Shown piece by piece: positions 8,037 to 17,100 of a stretch of DNA of 64,000 nt. Within the stretch, counting starts at the first letter, position 1. Each line of letters opens with the position of its first letter. Origin of the DNA: an uncultured Mediterranea sp. (lineage in GTDB: Bacteria; Bacteroidota; Bacteroidia; Bacteroidales; Bacteroidaceae). The notes beneath the pieces were generated by a model. That model saw nothing but the letters and a program-made list of their open reading frames with translations. It had not been told where the DNA came from and ran no database searches. The position numbers and the translations under genes were made by a program. The stretch covers positions 56,587-120,586 of the forward strand of contig CALZEQ010000002.1 of NCBI GenBank assembly GCA_945641355.1, given 5' to 3'.

Positions 8037-10121
8037 TCATTTCCCCGACTTCGCCACTCCTGTCTCCGTGTCCTTCAAACTGTCGGTGTCGCGTTCGATG
8101 CCATTGAACTTGCGTCCCTTCGACAAGGTCCAGGTCAGTTTTATGCCGATGGCATTTGATGTGTCGCGGTTGCGGGCTACAAAGAGCTTGTGGGCGAGGC
8201 GGTTGTGGTTTTCCACCTCTTCTATCTTGCCGTTGCTCTTGAACAGGTTCTGGCAGAAGAGGCTTGCGGTGAGATTCTTAAGTTTATATGATACACTGAT
8301 GTAGTCGGAGAAGACGTTGCGGCCTTCATATTCGTTTTCCATAAAATGAAAGCCGTTGTCCATTGTTGCCATTATCGTCCAATTGCCGAGCCATGCTGTG
8401 AGTCCCACATTGAAGTTGAACGATGTGAGGCGATGGCTGTAGTCCTGTCCGTCGTTCCAGATGTTCAGCATTTCTGCCGACAGATAGGCATTGAGATGTT
8501 GGGGAATGATGTCGTAGTTGGTGTAGCTCTGCAGCATGAGCATGTCAATGCGTCGGCCTTCGAGGAAGGTCTTGGCGAAACGTCCGTCTTCCGTGCGATA
8601 AACGTGCTGCATGGCTGGATGGTCGTTGTGGCGATAGAATGTCATGAGTTGAGAGTAGAGGCGAGGTGACTGATAGCTGAGGGTGAGAGTGTGGTCGTCG
8701 CGCCTTGTCATGATGAGGTTCGGGTTGCCCTCCGAATATTCCATCTCGCTGGTCATGATGGACATGGCGCTCATGTTCTGCAGTTTGGACGAGGCGGGCG
8801 AGGAGGTGAGCGTGTAGTTGAGCCTAAGGCTTTGAGCGAGAGGCAGGGAAAGGTTCAGTTTCGGACGGAGCCACACCCGGTCGTACGTCGTCTCGCCTTG
8901 GCGATAGTATTCACGGCTCAGTCCAAATCCCATCATGTAACCGATTCCCCACAACGAGCCTTGGATTTGTGAGAAGGCATAGACGTTGCTTGCATGGATT
9001 TGCGACACAAAAACGGCATCGCCCGAATAGTCGTTGTCGATGTATTTCTGCGCATAGCGGAGTCCTGCCGAGAGGGTGAAGGGCTTCATGCGGTTTTCGT
9101 AGATTGCCTCCGAATTGAGCGACCACTTCTTGCCGAGGGTATTATATCCAAATGAGGTATTGTCGGATGTGAACAGATAGGCATAGTCAGTGTGTGTGTA
9201 TGCGCCCGTGGCATTGGCGACGATGTTTTGGTTCTTGCCGATATTGGACTTGAAATACAGGTCGAGCAGAGGGCTGATGCTCTTTTCGTTGTTATTAATG
9301 ACTTCAGTTGTATTTCTTCCGTCAGAATATGCCACATCGGTTTTGCTGTAGTTTCGCGGATTGTTGTCTATGGATGTAGAAAGCGTTGTGAGGAAGGCGG
9401 TACCCTCTGCGTCTATCCTGCTGTATCTTGCCTGTACCTCGTGACTCATGTTTCTGTTGATAATGTCGTTGGCGTCTCTTTCTACCTTATTATATATATT
9501 GTCTTTCATCAGGTAGTCGGCCTGTTCCACTGTGCTCATGCCGTTGGAATGACTGTAATATCCGGAATAGTTCAGCGACAGTTCATTTTTCCCGCTATTG
9601 AGTTTTGCGTAGGCATTACCTTTGGCCAGATCTGCCTTGGGCACAAGTGTACCGCTTGCCCCGATGACATAGCCTGCAGCGACTTTTCTCGTGATGATGT
9701 TGATGACGATGCCAACATCCTCGCCATACCTCACGCCGGGCCGGTCGATGAGTTCCACCTTTTCAATCTCCTTTGGCTGCAACATTTGGATGTCGGCAGC
9801 AGAGGCCTCCACATCGTTGATTCGCACCTGCACAGTGCCGACGAGTGAGTTGGCAGCCGTTATACTCTCGTTGATGTCATTCACCTTAACGTTGGGCAGG
9901 GACAGCATCTTCAATAGACTGTAGCCCGAGGTTGCCGACTTGACTATTTCTTCAGATGGGAAAATCAACTTTCTGTCGGTGCGATTGATGACCCGTGCCC
10001 CTTTTATCACCACTTCTTCAAGTTGTACACTGTCGTTCGGGGTGTCGGTCTGCGCTTTCAGTCCGGACATTGCCCCCATTGTCCATACTACTAAAATCAA
10101 TGTTCTTTTCATCTTTTGCAT
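8037..10121 (-). CDS. Outer-membrane plug/beta-barrel protein (TonB-dependent-receptor-like, 'OM beta-barrel family')
   Basis: Signal peptide MKRTLILVVWTMGAMSGLKAQ (ATG at 10121 or 10112). Plug-like N-terminal segment, then a long Y/N/S/T-rich alternating barrel. It is a paralogue of 37490-39673. Confidence 0.75.
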   Translation of the reverse strand: MQKMKRTLILVVWTMGAMSGLKAQTDTPNDSVQLEEVVIKGARVINRTDRKLIFPSEEIVKSATSGYSLLKMLSLPNVKVNDINESITAANSLVGTVQVRINDVEASAADIQMLQPKEIEKVELIDRPGVRYGEDVGIVINIITRKVAAGYVIGASGTLVPKADLAKGNAYAKLNSGKNELSLNYSGYYSHSNGMSTVEQADYLMKDNIYNKVERDANDIINRNMSHEVQARYSRIDAEGTAFLTTLSTSIDNNPRNYSKTDVAYSDGRNTTEVINNNEKSISPLLDLYFKSNIGKNQNIVANATGAYTHTDYAYLFTSDNTSFGYNTLGKKWSLNSEAIYENRMKPFTLSAGLRYAQKYIDNDYSGDAVFVSQIHASNVYAFSQIQGSLWGIGYMMGFGLSREYYRQGETTYDRVWLRPKLNLSLPLAQSLRLNYTLTSSPASSKLQNMSAMSIMTSEMEYSEGNPNLIMTRRDDHTLTLSYQSPRLYSQLMTFYRHNDHPAMQHVYRTEDGRFAKTFLEGRRIDMLMLQSYTNYDIIPQHLNAYLSAEMLNIWNDGQDYSHRLTSFNFNVGLTAWLGNWTIMATMDNGFHFMENEYEGRNVFSDYISVSYKLKNLTASLFCQNLFKSNGKIEEVENHNRLAHKLFVARNRDTSNAIGIKLTWTLSKGRKFNGIERDTDSLKDTETGVAKSGK

Positions 10122-10145
10122 TTCAAGTGTTATCGTTTTGATATG

Positions 10146-10153
10146 CAAAAGTA
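10146..10153 (-). promoter_or_regulatory. Candidate Bacteroides -7 promoter box (TACTTTTG) for the OM receptor gene
   Basis: Matches the TAnnTTTG consensus on the minus strand, about 25 nt upstream of the ATG at 10121. Confidence 0.4.
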
Positions 10154-10186
10154 GTATGTAGGGGCAGTAGCTGCGGCAAGAAGTTA

Positions 10187-10229
10187 CTGACATTTGTCTG
10201 ACAACCGGCAAATGTCAGCCAAATGTCAG
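10187..10229. promoter_or_regulatory. Candidate operator array: CTGACATTTG-N12-CAAATGTCAG-N1-CAAATGTCAG
   Basis: Exact 10-mers at 10187-10196 (inverted), 10209-10218 and 10220-10229 (direct, 11-bp period). Extra TGTCAG/CTGACA hexamers at 10198-10203 and 10254-10259. The array lies just upstream of the -7 box. Confidence 0.55.
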
Positions 10230-10255
10230 TTTCCTGTTACCTTTGGCGACCGTTG

Positions 10256-10972
10256 TCAGTCATGTTGCCGTCTTTTCAGCTCGTAGCTTTTCCCTCGTTC
10301 CGACTCTATCTCCCAGTCGGACGATTCGTGCAATTCGTTGCGCAGCCTGCGCATGGTTGTGTAGAGGGTCTCAGCGGCATTGTCCTTGTTCGGCCAGAGG
10401 GCATCACATATTTCCTGTTTGGTCAGCTTGTGATTGGGTGCTTTCATGAACATATCCATCAGCCTTTCTTGCATCGGAGTGAGGTGCAGCGTTGTCACGG
10501 GGGTAACTGCCGTAGGTGCCTCTCTTCGTCTTATCGTCAGCAGCAGGGAGAGGAGTGTACCCAGGCAGAGCCAGCATGTCAGGCGCTGGTCGGACACGCT
10601 CCACACAAAGGCCATCGTATAGTTGGCCCGTCCTTCTATTCTCACGTCAAAATCACCGTTGTGAGGTGTGATGTGGTAAGCAATGTATGCTTTGGTACGT
10701 AGTGCTTCCGTCTTCAGGTGCTGTTGCAGTGTAGGGTCGTCTATGGTCAGCACCTTGCTCCCGGCAGTCCAAGCCGGTGACTGTGCCAACAGCCGGTAGG
10801 CCTTTATGGAGTCTTGTTTCATTCGCTCATAGCCTCTGTTCCTTATCGTCAGCTGCATAGCCCGATTCAAATCATTGTCCAGACATCGTCTTGCTCTGTC
10901 ATAGCTGGCTATACTGCTCGTGACAGTCATCACAAGTAGTATGAAAAATGCAATTAACGGAAGTTTTCTCAT
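10256..10972 (-). CDS. Membrane-embedded, receiver-less transcriptional regulator with a C-terminal OmpR/PhoB-type winged-helix domain
   Basis: N-terminal TM (LPLIAFFILLVMTVT), a ~115-aa non-cytoplasmic segment, and a second TM (LTCWLCLGTLLSLLLTI). This is followed by LTPMQERLMDMF...LTKQEICDALW...ETLYTTMRRLRNEL...RGKSYEL, matching the Trans_reg_C pattern. Confidence 0.7.
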   Translation of the reverse strand: MRKLPLIAFFILLVMTVTSSIASYDRARRCLDNDLNRAMQLTIRNRGYERMKQDSIKAYRLLAQSPAWTAGSKVLTIDDPTLQQHLKTEALRTKAYIAYHITPHNGDFDVRIEGRANYTMAFVWSVSDQRLTCWLCLGTLLSLLLTIRRREAPTAVTPVTTLHLTPMQERLMDMFMKAPNHKLTKQEICDALWPNKDNAAETLYTTMRRLRNELHESSDWEIESERGKSYELKRRQHD

Positions 10973-11057
10973 AACTGTCAATTTCCTTATGTTTCGATGC
11001 AAATGTAGCGAATAGTTTCCATAAAATTGACGTAGGCCATCATTTATTTGTTCTTAC

Positions 11058-11417
11058 TTAAAAGGTGGGATAGAAAGCGTCTTCGATGTGGTGTATCTCA
11101 AACTCCTCTGTTCCGACAACGCTCACGATGTCGAACCGTACCGGCATATCCAGCCGGAAGTGCTTGAGGTAGGCATCGGCCGCCACCACAATGTGGTGTG
11201 CTTTTTTCCAGTCAACGGCATCTTGCGGGTCGATGTACTCCGTGTTGCGCCGGGTCTTCACCTCCACCACTACCAGTTCACCCTCTTTCTCGGCCACGAT
11301 GTCCAGTTCCAGATGGTTTTTGTGCCAGTTGCGGTGGCGTATCACATATCCTTGGTTCTCCAGGTATGCAACGGCAGCCTCTTCGCCCCGTTTACCCAAT
11401 CTGTTGTGTTCTGCCAT
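11058..11417 (-). CDS. YraN-family (UPF0102) endonuclease-like protein
   Basis: 119 aa. GEEAAVAYLENQGYVIRHRNW...ELDIVA...VVVEVKTR shows the PD-(D/E)xK pattern typical of YraN. Confidence 0.8.
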   Translation of the reverse strand: MAEHNRLGKRGEEAAVAYLENQGYVIRHRNWHKNHLELDIVAEKEGELVVVEVKTRRNTEYIDPQDAVDWKKAHHIVVAADAYLKHFRLDMPVRFDIVSVVGTEEFEIHHIEDAFYPTF

Positions 11418-11501
11418 ATCTTTTCAGCTTCGTGAGACATTCCATTTTCAGTCAAAATGCGAAAAATGTATCTTTCTACCACAAATTTACGCATTTTCTT
11501 C

Positions 11502-11531
11502 TTTGATATTGCGGAAGTAAAGCTAAATTTG
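11502..11531 (+). promoter_or_regulatory. Candidate Bacteroides promoter (TTTG-N18-TAAATTTG)
   Basis: TTTG at 11502-11505 and TAAATTTG at 11524-11531, 9 nt before the ATG at 11540. Confidence 0.45.
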
Positions 11532-11539
11532 CAGAGGAT

Positions 11540-11773
11540 ATGAGAAAAAAAGAAAAAACACATCAGAAATCCATCCTTCAGGAACCGCAACGCAAGGAAC
11601 GTATGGTTTGTCTGCTCAGTCCGGAGGAGCAACGGATTGTGGATCGTTATCTTCAGCGCTACAAGATAACGAACAAGTCGCGTTGGCTCCGCGAGACGAT
11701 TCTCACATTCATTCATAAGAATATGGAGGAGGATTATCCTACGCTGTTCGGCGAACACGACATGCGCCGGTAA
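11540..11773 (+). CDS. Small basic hypothetical protein (77 aa), possibly ribbon-helix-helix-like
   Basis: ORF with a good upstream promoter match. The segment LSPEEQRIVDRYLQRYKITNKSRWLRETIL resembles RHH/MobC-type small DNA binders. No firm family assignment. Confidence 0.45.
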   Translation: MRKKEKTHQKSILQEPQRKERMVCLLSPEEQRIVDRYLQRYKITNKSRWLRETILTFIHKNMEEDYPTLFGEHDMRR

Positions 11774-11801
11774 GCCTTGCCTCGTCTGCTCATTCTTTTA
11801 T

Positions 11802-12254
11802 TTGACAATCATGGAAATGGATGATACCTACTATATGAAAATGGCTCTGCAGGAGGCGGAAAAGGCCGGAGAGCGGGGAGAAGTTCCTGTGGGGGCTGTG
11901 GTGGTGTGCAAAGGACGTATCATAGCCCGTGCACACAATTTGACTGAGACGTTGACCGACGTGACGGCTCATGCCGAGATGCAGGCCATCACGGCTGCTG
12001 CCTCTACCTTAGGCGGCAAGTACTTGAATGAGTGTACGCTGTATGTCACGGTGGAGCCATGCGTGATGTGTGCCGGTGCCATAGCTTGGGCACAAACGGG
12101 CAGACTGGTCTTTGGGGCGGCCGATGAAAAGAGGGGGTATCAGCGTTATGCCCCGCAAGCGTTGCATCCGAAAACGGAGGTGGTACAGGGTGTGATGGCT
12201 GACGAGTGTGCTGCCTTGATGAAGCATTTTTTTGCGGCCAGACGTCATTCCTAA
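11802..12254 (+). CDS. tadA: tRNA adenosine(34) deaminase
   Basis: CDA-fold zinc motifs HAEMQAI and PCVMCAGA. 150 aa. Confidence 0.85.
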   Translation: MTIMEMDDTYYMKMALQEAEKAGERGEVPVGAVVVCKGRIIARAHNLTETLTDVTAHAEMQAITAAASTLGGKYLNECTLYVTVEPCVMCAGAIAWAQTGRLVFGAADEKRGYQRYAPQALHPKTEVVQGVMADECAALMKHFFAARRHS

Positions 12255-12260
12255 AAGCCT

Positions 12261-12515
12261 CTATTCGTTGATTTCCTCAAAGTCAACATATTCGCCTTCG
12301 TCTTTCCCGAAAATTTTCTTTCGGTTGATGTGCAGCTCACCCTCCTCGGTATTCACCGTATCTTCTCTCTTTTCGGAGGTGCGGGCATACGTTTGCGGAC
12401 GGGTCTGTCTCCTTCCGGCACCAAAGAGAAAGCGCACTACGGAACCCAAAATGCTCAATCCGATAATCAGAATGACTAATATAATAATGAATAAGAATCC
12501 TAAGATATGGAACAT
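12261..12515 (-). CDS. Small membrane protein (DUF4834-like)
   Basis: Start placed at the internal ATG (MFHILGFLFIIILVILIIGLSILG), giving one TM followed by a charged tail. The upstream part of the tracked ORF overlaps pssA and looks non-coding. Confidence 0.5.
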   Translation of the reverse strand: MFHILGFLFIIILVILIIGLSILGSVVRFLFGAGRRQTRPQTYARTSEKREDTVNTEEGELHINRKKIFGKDEGEYVDFEEINE

Positions 12516-12576
12516 GGCTAATCCTTTTTGTACGGGTTTATGGACAGGTGTACAACAACCGTGCCAAGCGATTGGT

Positions 12577-13260
12577 TCATCCCTTTCTGTGGCAGAGTGA
12601 CAGCAGGATGTACCAGACGATGATAAGTGCAAGGCTACTTACTCCCAACAGCAACAGGGGCAGACATCCCATCAGAAAAAGGAAGCGCACCCGATTGTCG
12701 CGCCAATGTAGATTCTTGAACTTCAGGGAGAACATGGGAACCTCTGACACCAGCAGCCAGGAGAATAGGCAGATGCCAATCACCAGCAGCCAGGGAGAGA
12801 ACGTGAGCAGCCTGTCACGGCATCCGCAGACTAAAGCCGCCCAGAAAAGCGCATTGGCCGGTACGGGCAGTCCGATGAACGAGGTGGTCTGTCGGGTATC
12901 GTTGTTGAACTTGGCCAGTCGCAAACCGGAAAAGACGGCTATCAGGAAGGCACTGTAGGGAAGCCATGTCAGAGAGTCGGGATACTCCATCTCGCACAAC
13001 AGGGCAAAGAGAATGGCCGAAGGTGCAAGACCGAAGCTGATGTCGTCGGCCAATGAATCAAGATCTTTCCCGATGGGAGAGTAGGCATGGAGCGTGCGGG
13101 CTGCCAGTCCGTCGCAAAAGTCGAACAAGGCACTCAACACAATGCAGAGCAGAGCTGCATCGTAGTGTGAGCGGAACGCCATGACACAGGCCACGCAGCC
13201 GGAGAACAGATTGAGGCAGGTGATGGCATTGGGAATATGGCGGGTAATGCAATGAGCCAT
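12577..13260 (-). CDS. pssA: CDP-diacylglycerol--serine O-phosphatidyltransferase
   Basis: CDP-alcohol phosphatidyltransferase motif (DFCDGLAAR...G...DSLADDISFG). Polytopic membrane protein. Adjacent to psd. Confidence 0.85.
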   Translation of the reverse strand: MAHCITRHIPNAITCLNLFSGCVACVMAFRSHYDAALLCIVLSALFDFCDGLAARTLHAYSPIGKDLDSLADDISFGLAPSAILFALLCEMEYPDSLTWLPYSAFLIAVFSGLRLAKFNNDTRQTTSFIGLPVPANALFWAALVCGCRDRLLTFSPWLLVIGICLFSWLLVSEVPMFSLKFKNLHWRDNRVRFLFLMGCLPLLLLGVSSLALIIVWYILLSLCHRKG

Positions 13261-13276
13261 TTTGTCAGTTTGTTAT

Positions 13277-13963
13277 TTAGTTGAGTTTTGCTATCACTGT
13301 TTGGTTGCCGGTGGTCAGTTGGTTCAGCTTGACCAGCACGTCGGTACCCAAAGGCAGGAAGACGTCTACCCGTGAACCGAACTTGATGAATCCCATGTGC
13401 TCGTCGATGTAGCACTCCTCGCCCGGCTCGGCGTATGTCACGATGCGGCGTGCCATGGCTCCGGCTATCTGTCGTGCCATGATTTCCACTCCCTCCGGGG
13501 TCTCTATCACGACGGTGGAACGTTCGTTGTCGGTACTTGCTTTGGGCAGCCAAGCCTTCATGAACTTACCGTTTTGATGCCACACCTTCTTCACGATGCC
13601 GTCTACCGGATACCAGTTGGCATGTACATTGACCAGACTCATGAAAATAGATACCATGATGCGGCGGTCATGGAAATATTCGTTTTCGTCAACCTCTTCG
13701 ATGACCACTACCTTCCCGTCAGCCGGTGCCACTACTATCTTCTCCGTATCTTGCCCGAACAGACGGATGGGGCAGCGGAAAAAGTTGACCATAATACCGT
13801 ATACAATCAGACTGACCGCACCCACGATGTAGGCGGGCAGCTTGTTGCGTAGGCCGATATAAAGCACCAGATTGACTGCCAGCAACAGCAGGAAACTGAT
13901 GGTCAGTGTATGGGTTCCTTCTCGGTGAAGGCGTATCTTTTTCAATCTTTTCAGTCGATTCAT
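13277..13963 (-). CDS. psd: Phosphatidylserine decarboxylase proenzyme
   Basis: N-terminal TMs and a C-terminal FGSR(V) self-cleavage-type motif ([13 protein letters not shown]). It is upstream of, and co-oriented with, pssA. Confidence 0.85.
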   Translation of the reverse strand: MNRLKRLKKIRLHREGTHTLTISFLLLLAVNLVLYIGLRNKLPAYIVGAVSLIVYGIMVNFFRCPIRLFGQDTEKIVVAPADGKVVVIEEVDENEYFHDRRIMVSIFMSLVNVHANWYPVDGIVKKVWHQNGKFMKAWLPKASTDNERSTVVIETPEGVEIMARQIAGAMARRIVTYAEPGEECYIDEHMGFIKFGSRVDVFLPLGTDVLVKLNQLTTGNQTVIAKLN

Positions 13964-14141
13964 CTATTTCGTTTTGCTATTGGAGTATAAATTATCTGCA
14001 AAAATAAGTTTATTTTGAATATCTGGCAAGAAATCGGCACTAGAATTCCCTTTGTTGATAACTTTTTGTGGATAATTTTTGCCGACTGAAGGATAGATTG
14101 TACTTTTATACGCGATTTTTTAAGAAGTAAGAGGAGTCAAT

Positions 14142-17100
14142 ATGCAAGATTTTGTTCATTTACACGTCCATACCCAATATTCTTTGCTCGATGGGCAAGC
14201 CAGCATCCCCCGTCTGGTCGACAAGGCCATGAAAGACGGTATGAAGGGTATTGCTGTGACCGACCATGGAAATATGTTTGCCATCAAGGAATTCACCAAT
14301 TACGTCAACAAGAAGAACAGCGGCCCTAAAGGGGAGGTGAAGGATTTGAAGAAACGGATGGCTGGCATCGAGAGCGGTGAGATTGCCTGCGAAGACAAGG
14401 AGGCCGAACTGGCGGCTTGCAGGGCTGCTATCGCCGAGGCGGAAGACCGACTGTTCAAGCCGATTGTGGGATGTGAGATGTATGTGGCCCGGCGTACGAT
14501 GGACAAGAAGGAGGGAAAGCCTGACCAAAGCGGATGGCACCTGGTGGTGCTGGCCAAAAACGAGAAGGGATATCACAATTTGATAAAACTGGTGTCCAGG
14601 GCTTGGACAAAGGGGTATTACATGCGTCCCCGTACCGACCGAAGCGAGTTGGAGAAGTTTCACGAGGGACTGATTGTATGCTCGGCCTGTATCGGTGGAG
14701 AGGTACCCAAGAAGATTATCAACGACGACCTGGAGGGAGCCGAAGAGGCTATCCGCTGGTACAAGAACCTCTTTGGGGACGACTACTATCTGGAACTGCA
14801 ACGGCACCGGGCTACGGTGCCTCGGGCCAATCACGAAGCCTATCCGATGCAGCAGAAAGCCAATGCCAAACTGCTGGAATATGCGCAGAAATATAACATC
14901 AAGGTCATCTGCTCGAACGATGTTCACTTTGTGGACGAAGAAAATGCCGAGGCACACGATCGCCTGATATGCCTCAGTACGGGCAAGGACCTGGACGACC
15001 CTACCCGGATGCTCTACACCAAGCAGGAGTGGATGAAAACCAAGGCGGAGATGAACGAACTGTTTGCCGATGTGCCGGACGCACTTTCCAATACGCTGGA
15101 GGTGCTCGATAAGGTGGAATATTACTCCATTGACCATCCGCCTATCATGCCCACATTTGCCATCCCCGTAGAGTTCGGAACGGAAGAAGAGTACCGGAGA
15201 CGGTTCACTGAAAAGGATCTTTTCGATGAATTTACGCAGGACGAAAATGGCCGTGTCGTGTTGGATGAGGAGACGGCCAAGGCAAAAATCAAGCGACTGG
15301 GCGGGTATGACAAACTCTACCGTATCAAACTGGAGGCCGACTATCTGGCTAAGTTGGCATTTGACGGAGCCAGGCGGTTGTATGGTGATCCGCTTACGGA
15401 CGAAATCAAGGAGCGGCTGGTCTTTGAACTCTATATCATGAAGACCATGGGTTTCCCCGGCTACTTCTTGATTGTACAGGACTTCATCAATGCCGCCCGT
15501 TCGCAACTGGGTGTCTCGGTTGGACCGGGACGTGGCTCTGCTGCAGGTTCTGCAGTGGCTTACTGCTTGGGTATCACGAAAATCGACCCCATTCAGTACG
15601 ACCTGCTGTTTGAACGCTTTCTGAATCCCGACCGTATCTCATTGCCCGATATTGATGTAGATTTTGATGACGACGGGCGTGGGGAAGTGTTGCGTTGGGT
15701 GACAGAAAAATACGGGCAAGAGAAGGTAGCGCATATCATCACCTACGGCACCATGGCCACTAAGATGGCTATCAAGGATGTGGCGCGGGTGCAGAAGTTG
15801 CCGCTGGCTGAGTCAGACCGCTTGTGCAAACTAATACCGGACAAGCTGCCCTCGGGAAAGAAACTCAACCTGGGCAACGCCATTGACGAAATACCTGAAC
15901 TGCAGGCGGCTGAGGCATCGCCCGACCCGTTGCTGCGCGACACGATGAAGTATGCACGTATGCTGGAGGGTAATGTGCGGGGTACGGGTGTACACGCTTG
16001 CGGTACCATTATCTGCCGCGACGATATTACAGACTGGGTACCAGTGAGTACGGCCGATGACAAGGAGACTGGCGAGAAGATGCTGGTGACACAATACGAA
16101 GGATCGGTCATTGAAGATACGGGATTGATTAAGATGGACTTCTTGGGGTTGAAGACGCTCTCCATCATTAAGGAAGCGGTGGAGAATATCCGTCTGCACA
16201 GAGGAATCGAACTGGATATCGACAAGATTCCCATTGACGATCCGGCTACGTACCAGCTCTATTGCGAAGGACGTACCATCGGAACGTTCCAGTTCGAGTC
16301 GGCCGGTATGCAGAAATATTTGCGCGAACTGCAGCCCGGTACCTTTGAGGACCTTATCGCCATGAATGCGCTCTACCGTCCGGGTCCGATGGATTATATC
16401 CCTGACTTCATTGACCGTAAATGGGGGCGCAAACCGATAGAGTATGATATTCCCATCATGGAGAAGTATCTGAAGGATACCTATGGCATCACGGTCTATC
16501 AGGAGCAGGTGATGCTACTTTCCCGTCTGTTGGCCGACTTTACCCGTGGCGAGTCGGATGCCTTGCGTAAGGCGATGGGTAAGAAGTTGCGCGATAAGTT
16601 GGATCACATGAAGCCCAAATTCATATCGGGCGGACAGAAGAACGGCCATGACCCCAAAGTGCTGGAGAAGATATGGGCCGACTGGGAGAAGTTCGCTTCG
16701 TATGCCTTCAACAAGTCGCACGCCACCTGCTACTCGTGGGTGGCCTATCAGACCGCCTATCTGAAGGCTAACTATCCGGCCGAGTATATGGCCGCGGTCA
16801 TGAGCCGGAGTTTGTCGGACATCACGACCATCACCAAACTGATGGATGAGTGCAAGTCGATGAACATCAAGGTGCTGGGACCCGATGTCAACGAGAGTAA
16901 CATGAAGTTTACGGTCAACCCCGAAGGAAACATCCGTTTCGGACTGGGAGCCGTCAAGGGAGTGGGCGAGAGTGCGGTAGCCAGCATCATTGAAGAGCGG
17001 AAGAAGGGAGGAGCCTTCAAGGGCATCTTTGACTTTGTACAGCGTGTCAACCTCAACGCCTGCAATAAGAAGAACCTGGAGTGTCTGGCACTGGCCGGAG

